Positions 39,528 through 47,389 are shown, counted from the stretch's first letter. The stretch is DNA of 64,000 bases from Vulcanimicrobiota bacterium (GCA_050250895.1 JBFWNU010000004.1:302934-366933); one strand, 5' to 3'. Notes: generated from the letters alone by a model not told the origin. A program made the numbers and translations.

Positions 39528-39628
39528 CAATCCAACCCCTAGACGACCGGCGGAGGAGTGGGATACCCATGGTGCACACTACTCCAATAGCTGCCTCGGG
39601 ACCGCCATCCCGGGGCGTTTCTCTTTTT
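39514..39628 (+). ncRNA. sibling sRNA-like unit, copy 2
   Basis: Same blocks and spacing as copies 1 and 3. Confidence 0.6.
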
Positions 39629-39724
39629 GAGCATCTTCAAGAACTCGCTCCGTGTGGCCGTCCGGCAGAAAAGTGTAATGAACTGGACGCAGGAATCTGC
39701 CTGATCATTGGGAACGACGGTCAT

Positions 39725-40420
39725 ATGTCCAACACCTACAGAATCATGCCGTCCCACTCGGAGTATCTTGCCATAGAAGTTGTCGGCGAAGAGATGCTCG
39801 TCTTCGACCCGATGTCTGGGCGGGCGCACTGCCTGGACAAAATCACCGCAACGGTATTCCAGGCGTGCGACGGAAGAACCCAGATGCACGAAGTCGCCCA
39901 TCGACTAGGCGACGGCGGCGGCGACCTATTGATTCTCACCCTCGAAAAACTACGCCAGGCGAATTTGATAGATGGGGCCCCGGCCAAGACCACCACCCGC
40001 CGAGAGTTGTTGGCAGGGCTAGGACGAATTGGTGTCGCCTTGCCACTGATCACCTCGTTGGCGGTCCCCCGTCCCGCCGCGGCGGCGTCGTGTGTTGCAA
40101 ACTGCATTGGGGAGGGCCTACCGGTCGTAGATGCTAACGGAAATCCGACGGGGTGCGCGGCCTGTCTACCTTCCATAGGAGCTACAACTTGTCCAACCAC
40201 TTTCTGCATGTCCTTCTACGAGTGTTTTGATACTGGGAACAACATCGTCCCCTGTAACAGCGCTGCGGCCGGCCCTTCTCTTTGCGACGACCCCATCAAC
40301 AGCCGCGATACACCAACCGGTTTCACCGGATGCCAATCCACGTCCAGCAACGCCAACCCTTCCTGCGCTACGGCTCGAAATACATCCGCTAGCCTCTACA
40401 TTTGCTGTTCGTGTTCTTAG
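39725..40420 (+). CDS. PqqD/RRE-domain protein fused to twin-arginine-like leader and Cys-rich C-terminus
   Basis: EVVGEEMLVFD...AHCLDKITATVFQACDG (RRE), then TRRELLAGLGRIGVALPLITSLAVPRPAAAA, then 14 Cys. Confidence 0.8.
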   Translation: MSNTYRIMPSHSEYLAIEVVGEEMLVFDPMSGRAHCLDKITATVFQACDGRTQMHEVAHRLGDGGGDLLILTLEKLRQANLIDGAPAKTTTRRELLAGLGRIGVALPLITSLAVPRPAAAASCVANCIGEGLPVVDANGNPTGCAACLPSIGATTCPTTFCMSFYECFDTGNNIVPCNSAAAGPSLCDDPINSRDTPTGFTGCQSTSSNANPSCATARNTSASLYICCSCS

Positions 40421-40445
40421 GGCTCCGGGAGGCGACCACAACACA

Positions 40446-40560
40446 TTAAGAAGCCTTAACAATTTAACCCCTAGACGAACGGCCCAGGAGTGGGATACCC
40501 ATAGTGCACACTACTCCAATAGCTGCCTCGGGACCGCCATCCCGGGGCGTTTCTCTTTTT
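40446..40560 (+). ncRNA. sibling sRNA-like unit, copy 3
   Basis: Core and terminator almost identical to copy 2. Overlaps the 3' end of the S41 gene in antisense. Confidence 0.6.
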
Positions 40561-41689
40561 GGAGCACCTTCAACAACTCTCGAAATCCGGCCTCGGGCAG
40601 CGGGTCGGGACCCTCGTTCCACCCCACTTCGACATCCGGGGCAACCCCCACGCCCTCGAGCCGCTCGCCGTCGACCCTGACATCGGCCTGAGCGAGATAA
40701 AGGGCGTGACCGTCCGGCAGCAGGTGCAAGCCGCCACCCAGCACCGCGCCGCGCGTCTTCTCGCCCACCAGCAGCCCCCGCCGCGAGCGCTTGAAGGCGT
40801 GAGCCAGCAGCTCTTTACCACTGCTGACGCTGCCGTCGATCAGGACCACGACTGGGCGATTCCAGGTCGAGCCCGGCAGGTCGAACTTCTCGCCCTCGGG
40901 CGAAGTCATCGTCAACGACGGAGTGGCCGCGAAAAGCTCCATGTACTTGGGCTGGGCCCCACCCCAACTGCCCCTCAAGTCCAGCACCAGCCCCTCGGCG
41001 CCGGCCAGGGGACCTTCGAGCACGGCCCGGAGTTCTTCTTGATAAGCCTCACCAGCGTAGGACCACATCCTGACATAGGCGAGGCGACGGCCCTCGTGCT
41101 CTTGCATCCTGGCCGAGGCGCGGATGGCCTGCAGAAAGAACCGCCGCGGCTGGATATCCTGGGGCACGACCTCGAGTTCAAGCGCATCCCCTCGCTTCTC
41201 GATGGTCAGCCGGCACGCTTTACCGGCCCTGCCCCGGAACGAGTCGATGGGATGAAAGGGCTGCCCATCCACGCTCACGATTCGATCGCCACGCTGCAAC
41301 TGATGGCCCGGCCCACCCGGAACGACATCCCAAACCACCCCCTCGCGCGTGACCACACCGATGCCCTCGTAGTGCGGCAACTCCCCGCCAAAGAGCGCCG
41401 TGATGGCCTCTGCCTGGGGACCGTAGGCGAACACGTCCAGCAACTCATAGTAGGCTGGCTCGCGAGCGCTGTAGAGGTGGGTGTGCGAGGCCTCGAGCCG
41501 GGCCAGATAGTCATTCACCACTTTCACCCGCTGCTCGCCATCGAGCCCCTCGACCGCCTCGGACGCCTCCTGCCGAAAGCGCTCGAAGTCGTTGGCTCGA
41601 TAAAACCCGCTGGCCACCAGCGACCAGACCCTTTCGACCAAAGTGTCCTGGACGGGATGGAGCAGCAGAAGCAGCAGCAGAAATCTCAT
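40511..41689 (-). CDS. S41 family peptidase with PDZ domain
   Basis: LEASHT, PDZ GDRIVSVDG, LDLRGSWGG, SVSSGKELLA and LEGVGVAPD motifs. Confidence 0.9.
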   Translation of the reverse strand: MRFLLLLLLLHPVQDTLVERVWSLVASGFYRANDFERFRQEASEAVEGLDGEQRVKVVNDYLARLEASHTHLYSAREPAYYELLDVFAYGPQAEAITALFGGELPHYEGIGVVTREGVVWDVVPGGPGHQLQRGDRIVSVDGQPFHPIDSFRGRAGKACRLTIEKRGDALELEVVPQDIQPRRFFLQAIRASARMQEHEGRRLAYVRMWSYAGEAYQEELRAVLEGPLAGAEGLVLDLRGSWGGAQPKYMELFAATPSLTMTSPEGEKFDLPGSTWNRPVVVLIDGSVSSGKELLAHAFKRSRRGLLVGEKTRGAVLGGGLHLLPDGHALYLAQADVRVDGERLEGVGVAPDVEVGWNEGPDPLPEAGFRELLKVLQKEKRPGMAVPRQLLE

Positions 41690-41740
41690 CGCTCCAACTT
41701 GGAGTTTTTCTTGGAGACCCCTTCGCCCAGTTCACATCTT

Positions 41741-41780
41741 GCCACAACCTGTTAACAATCGTCACAAACTGTCAACAGAC
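41741..41780. promoter_or_regulatory. four 10-bp-phased direct repeats (OmpR/PhoB-type operator-like)
   Basis: GCCACAACCT GTTAACAATC GTCACAAACT GTCAACAGAC. Confidence 0.45.
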
Positions 41781-41820
41781 AAATCGATACAGAATCGGCC
41801 TGGTTGGCTAAGATAATGAC

Positions 41821-41893
41821 ACAACCGAATAACCTAAGTCACCAGGTCCAACCTCTCTCCGCGTGCTAACCAAACCTGGTGGCTTTTTTTTTT
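41821..41893 (+). ncRNA. candidate ~70-nt sRNA with CU-rich loop
   Basis: TAAGAT at 41809-41814. 12-bp stem AAGTCACCAGGT/ACCTGGTGGCTT, loop containing CCTCTCTCC, T10 tail. Confidence 0.6.
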
Positions 41894-41943
41894 GCCCTGA
41901 AAAGGTCAAGGAATCTCCAAGGCGGCCAGGCTAGAATGAGGTC

Positions 41944-42001
41944 AGTGAGATGAGCAAACGGTTGGAACACCCGGGGGCCCGATAGGGCCCCCATTTTTTT
42001 T
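41944..42001 (+). ncRNA. candidate ~58-nt sRNA
   Basis: TAGAAT at 41932-41937. Terminator GGGGGCCC-GATA-GGGCCCCC-A-T8. Confidence 0.55.
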
Positions 42002-42164
42002 GCCCCGCGGGCCCGCCTGGCCCACGTTCAGAGTGGGGGATCGCCAGCCAGGCCGGCGGCGGCCCGGTTCTTCCGCACGGAAGTCCAACCTGCCCCGGTC
42101 GACCCGCCCGGATATGGTCGGCGACTCCAGCGGGATGGTGGGGCTTCGTCGCGAATTCTAACCC

Positions 42165-42686
42165 ATGGCCATCTCGGACGCCGCGCTCTTTCGCCTGCGA
42201 ATGCTGGCTCTGCTAGGCGTGGCCCTGGTGCTGGGGGCCGTCACGCTCATACTCGACGCCGCCCCCTGGCAAGGCAAAGTGCGGGGACTTGATTGGCGAG
42301 CCTTCACCGTCGACGGGGTGGCTCTGGGCGACACGCCCACCCAGGTCGAGGCCTTCTGGCCCGGCGGGTTTCACAAGGCAGCCTGGCCTGGTACAGAGCA
42401 CTGGTCGAGCGACATCTCGAACTTGTATGTCGAGTTCCACAACGGGACCGTCGACTGGGTTTCGGGCACCCAACTGCGAGCCGGGGACTACCTCCTCGAG
42501 GTCGGGGATTCGGTCGCCCAAGCCAAACAGGTTATGGGACGACCCCGGCGTTACCGAGACTCTATCGGCAGCCTCTACTATGGCTACCGCAAACGCGACA
42601 TCCTGGTCGAGCTTCAGGTGGACGACCGACTCGAGCGCGTCCTGCGCGTGGACCTCAAGCGAGTCGAATCCGAGCCCGACCACTGA
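42165..42686 (+). CDS. membrane-anchored hypothetical protein (paralog of 39120..39527)
   Basis: N-terminal TM. FTVDGVALGDTP and VSGTQLRAG...VGDS...MGRP. Confidence 0.7.
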   Translation: MAISDAALFRLRMLALLGVALVLGAVTLILDAAPWQGKVRGLDWRAFTVDGVALGDTPTQVEAFWPGGFHKAAWPGTEHWSSDISNLYVEFHNGTVDWVSGTQLRAGDYLLEVGDSVAQAKQVMGRPRRYRDSIGSLYYGYRKRDILVELQVDDRLERVLRVDLKRVESEPDH

Positions 42687-42698
42687 CTCGACTCGCCC

Positions 42699-42800
42699 AC
42701 TACCGTCTACCGTCTACCGTCTGACGACTACCGTCTACCGTCTGACGACTACCGTCTACCGTCTGACGACGACCGTCTACCGTCTGACGACTACCGTCTG
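42699..42800. repeat. tandem 21-bp repeat built from heptamers (ACTACCGTCTACCGTCTGACG, ~4.5 copies)
   Basis: Directly visible. Fills the gap between convergent genes. Confidence 0.95.
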
Positions 42801-42802
42801 TC

Positions 42803-43840
42803 TCAGGCGTCCCAGCCCAGGTTCTGGCAATAGGCGTGCATGTCGGGGTCGACCTTGAGCAGATGAGCCCGCTTTTCGGGCGAGTGGAGATAGTCGGCCA
42901 TGGCCTCGGCCAGATACTCTTCGGGGCGGCGCTCGGTGGCCGCATAGGCCGAGATCATCGAATCAGGATTCTGGTCGGGGATAGTGGCCTCGATGAAGCC
43001 CGGCCGGCTGATGATCTGATCGTCAGCGAAGGTGGCCAGGTCGTTCTCGCGCCTCCAGGCTTTGACCACCTCGGCTGTGTACTTCGCGCCCAAAGCCAGC
43101 ACCGGCACACCGATCAGGGGTGCACCGGCCAGCGAGAGGGTCACCCCGACGGCGTTGATGGCGGCCGCGATCGGCAGTGAGGGTCCGGCATTGACGTAGA
43201 AACGCTGAATGCGGCTGGAGGCGGTCTCGGTCATCAGCAGGCGACCGTCCTTCTCCTCCACCTGACACGCCCGGTAGGGAAAGGGAAGGTCGGTAAAATC
43301 GGTCTTGCCTTTCAAGCGGGCCTGCTGGACATCGTAGGCCAGCTGGCGATGAGCGCGCCGGACAGAGTTCTTATGCAACTCCGCCAGGTTAGGATCGCGG
43401 CGCGAGAAATACTGAGCGCTAAACGGCGTGGCTACTCGCCCGGCCAGCCCCAGGTCGGCGCGCCCCTCGAGATAGTCGACGGCGTGGGTGAGTTCATGCA
43501 ACAGGTAGGTGCGCATGTTCTTGCGGTCGTCGGCCAGCACCGTGATCTCTTTGGTGAGCGGGTTGAAGGTGCCGCCCTGGTTAGGGTCTTTGGTAAAGGT
43601 GATCCGCACCCCGGCCTCGCGCAGGCGGGCCTGCAGGTCGGGGCGGAACGACTCGAGGGCCTTCTTGGCATCGGCTTTGATCCAGTCGGGCAGCTTCTTC
43701 TGGGTGAGGAACTCGCGAAAGTCGAGCGGCCTGGCCTCGACGCTATCGGTGATGAGGGCTGGCTGGGCCTGGGGTCGGGAAGCAGCGGGCCGCGCCGGAA
43801 GAGGCGTAGCCGTAGTCAGAGGACCGATCTTTCCCAACAT
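42803..43840 (-). CDS. zinc metallopeptidase, anthrax-lethal-factor-like (HEXXH)
   Basis: GGTFNP, LLHELTHAVD and SAYAA...EEYLAEAMADYLHSP...L..VDP motifs. Confidence 0.7.
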   Translation of the reverse strand: MLGKIGPLTTATPLPARPAASRPQAQPALITDSVEARPLDFREFLTQKKLPDWIKADAKKALESFRPDLQARLREAGVRITFTKDPNQGGTFNPLTKEITVLADDRKNMRTYLLHELTHAVDYLEGRADLGLAGRVATPFSAQYFSRRDPNLAELHKNSVRRAHRQLAYDVQQARLKGKTDFTDLPFPYRACQVEEKDGRLLMTETASSRIQRFYVNAGPSLPIAAAINAVGVTLSLAGAPLIGVPVLALGAKYTAEVVKAWRRENDLATFADDQIISRPGFIEATIPDQNPDSMISAYAATERRPEEYLAEAMADYLHSPEKRAHLLKVDPDMHAYCQNLGWDA

Positions 43841-43868
43841 GGGGACAGTTTACCACAAATGCCGAGTC

Positions 43869-44297
43869 CTAGAAACCGTAGTTGGCGTTGAGTCCGGCGA
43901 GTAGCGGATTGAGCAGGCTGGCATCGGCCAACAACTGCTGCTGCTGGGCCCCGGCCTTCATTCCGCCGGCCAGGGTGCTGGTGCCGATGGTGCCGGCGAT
44001 GTTGGCGTCGCTGGCGCCCAACTGGGCCATGGCCGCCTGGTTGGCCAGCGAGCCGCCGCCCGAAAGGTCAGGGGGAAGACTGGCGTCGGCGGGCGGGATA
44101 CCGGCCATGGCTAGCTCAGGAGAGGCAGAAAACCCATCCGTCAACCCGCCACCGCCGCCGCAGAGAGGACATCCGCCCCCACCCATGGTCGGGTCGAGAG
44201 GCAGCGCGGCCGCGCCAGCAGTAGGGTCGAGCATCGAAGCACCGAGGGAGGGCATTCCGAGACCTCCACCCATTCCTAGACCACCGATGTTGAACAT
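43869..44297 (-). CDS. Gly/Ala-rich low-complexity hypothetical protein
   Basis: AGGAG SD. GGGGCPLCGGGG motif. Confidence 0.6.
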   Translation of the reverse strand: MFNIGGLGMGGGLGMPSLGASMLDPTAGAAALPLDPTMGGGGCPLCGGGGGLTDGFSASPELAMAGIPPADASLPPDLSGGGSLANQAAMAQLGASDANIAGTIGTSTLAGGMKAGAQQQQLLADASLLNPLLAGLNANYGF

Positions 44298-44498
44298 AGC
44301 CTGACTCCTCTCTAGTCTCAGTTTAGAGGAGCGGCTGCCGGCCCGATAGCGGCAAAGGTTACCGAAAAGTAAACCGTGTTACCCGATTATTGCCGTTGCT
44401 GGCAGACTTGTGTCCAACCGAGCTGCCATACCCTCGATGACGAAGTCATCGCTCCCCTCTCGGCCAGCCGAAGCGACAGCGACGGCTGGCCGCTCCCC

Positions 44499-46505
44499 TT
44501 AGGGCTTCTGGGTGCCGATCTCGTAGCCCGTCACGGCCGCCCGGCTCAGCTCGAAGCCCTGGGACTCTCCCGGTCCGTCGCCTTCATAGGTCAGGCGAAT
44601 CTGGACCTCCTTCTGGTCGAAGTCGTGCATGGGCAGCTTGTGCACCCGCCAGCCGTGCGAGTCGCCGTTGAACTCGGCCACTCGACGCCAGCGGTCGCTG
44701 CCGACCTCGGACACTTCGACTTTGACGAACTCATAGTGGGGCTCGAGGTCATACTTGGCCTCGAGATAGAGGCAGCTGTCGCCGAAGTCGTCCAGGCGGA
44801 AGGCCTGCGAGACCAGGCTGCCCGGCCCGTCGACCCGCCACGCTTGGCCGCGCTCGGCGGTTTCGGTGCGGTTCCAGCCGCCTTCGGCCGACCAGGCCGC
44901 TTCGGTGGCGTGGTCTTCAAAAGCAACGCGGGCAGCCGGCACGTTGACGGTGGCTTCGCTCAGGGCCGAGCGGTTGCCAACCTTGTCGATGATCTTCATG
45001 CCGACGTGCACAGTCTGGGCCGTGCCCGACGGCATCAGGTCAAACATCGGAGCCTCGGTCTTGCCGGTCTCGGCGGCCCGGCTCCAGGCTACGGTTTCGG
45101 CCGCCTGGAAAGCTTCTTCGCTAGCCAGCGAGTTGGGGCTGAGCTTGACCTCATAGGCCGAGGCCTGACCGCACCAGCCGTCGTCGCCGGTCGAAGTCCA
45201 GGCCATGCGCATCTTATCGGGCAGGGCCCGGGCTCTAAAGTCGGTCGGAGCGGCCGGAGGCAGGTTGTCGTTGGCAATGGCCCGGGCTACGTTGAGACGA
45301 CCCTCGGTGCGGGTCTTGCCTTTGAAAGCGACTTTGGGTTCGGTGCTGTAGAGCAGGCGGTCTTTGAGTTGCTGATTGCTGATATCGGGATAAGCTGTGG
45401 CCACCAGTCCGGCCGCGCCGGCCACATGGGGCGTGGCCATCGAGGTGCCGTTCCAGGCCTCGTAGCCGCCGCCGGGCACCGTCGAGAGGATGGCTACGCC
45501 GGGGGCGGCCAGATCGACCGTCTCTTTGCCGTAGGACGAGAACGAACCCAGCTCGTCGTTGCGGTCAGAGGCGGCCACCACGATGGCGTTGTCGAGACCG
45601 AAATTGGCCGGATAGTCGGGGGTGAAGTCGTTATCGCGGGCGTCGTTGCCGGCCGCGAAGATGTGCAGGGCTGGCGAGTGGGCGAACACGTCGCGGACGA
45701 TGGGATTATAGCCGGCCCCGGTCCACGAGTTCGAGGTCACGCGGGCGCCCATCTTGTCGGCGTAGCGCACGGCCCGGATGATCGTGGCCGCGGTGGTGGC
45801 GTCGCCGTCATCGGGGAAAATCTTGATCGGCATGATCTGGGCGCGCCAGTTGACGCCGACCACGCCCTGGTCGTTGTTGCCTTCGGCGCCGATGGTGCCG
45901 GCGCAGTGGGTGCCGTGGCCGTGACCGGCCCGGGCGTCGCCGTTGTCGAGCACGGCGTTGTACCCGTGCAGATCGTCGATGACGCCGTTGCCGTCGCTGT
46001 CGTTGCCGTCGGCCGTCTCGCCGGGATTGGTCCAGAGATTGTTCTTGAGGTCGGGGTGGTCATAGTCCTGACCGGTATCGAGCACCGCGATGATGGGCCC
46101 GTTCTCGCGAGTACCGATGCAGGTCGCCCAGGCTTCGGGGGCATCGATGTCGGCGTCGGGGGTGCCGCCGTCCTGACCGGTGTTGTTCATCCCCCACAGT
46201 GAGGGGCTGAGATCGCTGGGTTTGAGGGGCTCGCCGGCCAGATGGTAGATGGTATTGGGAGCCGTCTCGGCCACGCGCGGGTCCTGGCTCATCTTTTCCA
46301 TGGCCTGCTCGGTCGAGGTGCCCTGGGGCAACTTCAGGTGAAGAATTTCCTCCCCCTGGGTCTGGAAGAGGCCGTTGCTCTCGAAGCGGTCGAGCACTTC
46401 GGCGCCATAGTCCTTGGCCAGATCCGAGGTGGACTGGAAGAGGTTGGGCTTGGTCTTGACCAGGACCTCGCCGGGAACATACTGTTGGGCGTGGGAGACT
46501 TTCAT
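44499..46505 (-). CDS. S8 family serine peptidase with prodomain and C-terminal beta domains
   Basis: AVLDTG, HGTHCAG and GTSMATPHV motifs. Start ATG 46505 (TATCTT 7 nt upstream). Confidence 0.93.
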   Translation of the reverse strand: MKVSHAQQYVPGEVLVKTKPNLFQSTSDLAKDYGAEVLDRFESNGLFQTQGEEILHLKLPQGTSTEQAMEKMSQDPRVAETAPNTIYHLAGEPLKPSDLSPSLWGMNNTGQDGGTPDADIDAPEAWATCIGTRENGPIIAVLDTGQDYDHPDLKNNLWTNPGETADGNDSDGNGVIDDLHGYNAVLDNGDARAGHGHGTHCAGTIGAEGNNDQGVVGVNWRAQIMPIKIFPDDGDATTAATIIRAVRYADKMGARVTSNSWTGAGYNPIVRDVFAHSPALHIFAAGNDARDNDFTPDYPANFGLDNAIVVAASDRNDELGSFSSYGKETVDLAAPGVAILSTVPGGGYEAWNGTSMATPHVAGAAGLVATAYPDISNQQLKDRLLYSTEPKVAFKGKTRTEGRLNVARAIANDNLPPAAPTDFRARALPDKMRMAWTSTGDDGWCGQASAYEVKLSPNSLASEEAFQAAETVAWSRAAETGKTEAPMFDLMPSGTAQTVHVGMKIIDKVGNRSALSEATVNVPAARVAFEDHATEAAWSAEGGWNRTETAERGQAWRVDGPGSLVSQAFRLDDFGDSCLYLEAKYDLEPHYEFVKVEVSEVGSDRWRRVAEFNGDSHGWRVHKLPMHDFDQKEVQIRLTYEGDGPGESQGFELSRAAVTGYEIGTQKP

Positions 46506-46569
46506 AGGCTCCAAGATAGGCCGGGCGACCGCCCCGAGAAGTAACCAATTTATTACAGGACAGACACCG

Positions 46570-47031
46570 ATGAGAAAGCTAGTCCCGATAGCCCTGCTGG
46601 CCCTCTGGCTGGGGGGATGCCAGCACGCCCAACACCCCGACGATACGGCCAACACTCCCAGGGCAGTGGCCCAACAGTCGCTGGTGGTGGACCAAAAAGA
46701 CTTCTCCCGCGATCTTCCCGAGGGGCTCGGCCAGGCCTCGACCGAGCGCAAGACAGCCGAAGTAGCCATCGACGATCAGGCCCGGTTCAAACTGCTCGTT
46801 CACTACGACCAGCTCACCGACAAGCCCGACCTCTTTCGCCAGGTCGAGGTCGCGTTGGCTGAACCGGCCGAGGTCGAGGTCAAGGCCGACATCGGCCTGC
46901 CCACCAACCTGGGAACTCCCGAGGCGCCCAAGATGACCGTCCCGATCAAGGTCGAGTGGAGCGGCTCTGGCTGGAGTCGGGCCAGGATGTTCACCTTGCA
47001 CCCCGACGGGAAACTCGTCTCGGACGAGTAG
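46570..47031 (+). CDS. lipoprotein, unknown function
   Basis: MRKLVPIALLALWLGGC lipobox. Confidence 0.75.
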   Translation: MRKLVPIALLALWLGGCQHAQHPDDTANTPRAVAQQSLVVDQKDFSRDLPEGLGQASTERKTAEVAIDDQARFKLLVHYDQLTDKPDLFRQVEVALAEPAEVEVKADIGLPTNLGTPEAPKMTVPIKVEWSGSGWSRARMFTLHPDGKLVSDE

Positions 47032-47087
47032 TGTGTAAAAAGCCCCGGATCTCTCCGGAGCTTTCGACCGACTTGAGCAACACGCGG

Positions 47088-47282
47088 CTAGGCGATGACG
47101 TCAATGAGACTCTCGCTGCGAATGGGGCCTTGAACGGGGGGCTCTAGCTTGGCGGGGTTGTCGCCCTGACGCTCCTTGAGGCCTCCGATCTTTTCTGAGG
47201 CTTTGGGTCCCGTCTCGGCCGCGGCGGCCCGAACATTGAGAGCAGGCCGGGGGTTGCTGTTGCGGATGCTGGAGTTGACCAT
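47088..47282 (-). CDS. small hypothetical protein (64 aa)
   Basis: AAAGGA SD. TTGACT-N16-TAGAAA upstream. Hairpin downstream at ~47040-47063. Confidence 0.55.
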   Translation of the reverse strand: MVNSSIRNSNPRPALNVRAAAAETGPKASEKIGGLKERQGDNPAKLEPPVQGPIRSESLIDVIA

Positions 47283-47389
47283 GCTGGTTGTTCCTTTCGA
47301 TGACTGATTTCTAGACCCAGAATAGGCTAAGTCAAGACGCTCAAACGACGATCGCCTGGCCGAGCTGTTTAGTGCATGTAAACAAAGGT

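Noticed and set aside
38960-40560. Integron attC cassette array or tRNA-derived att sites
   Set aside because: TAACAA follows a stop codon in copy 2, but there is no end-to-end palindrome closing in GTTRRRY, no integrase and no tRNA T-loop. The internal layout fits promoter plus terminator better.
42699-42800. Possible CRISPR array
   Set aside because: Head-to-tail repeats with no unique spacers, and no cas genes in the window.
44376-46202. 608-aa plus-strand ORF
   Set aside because: Antisense shadow of the S8 peptidase, which is common in high-GC DNA. The same applies to 32314..33657, 40559..41755, 48203..49252 and 62469..63509.
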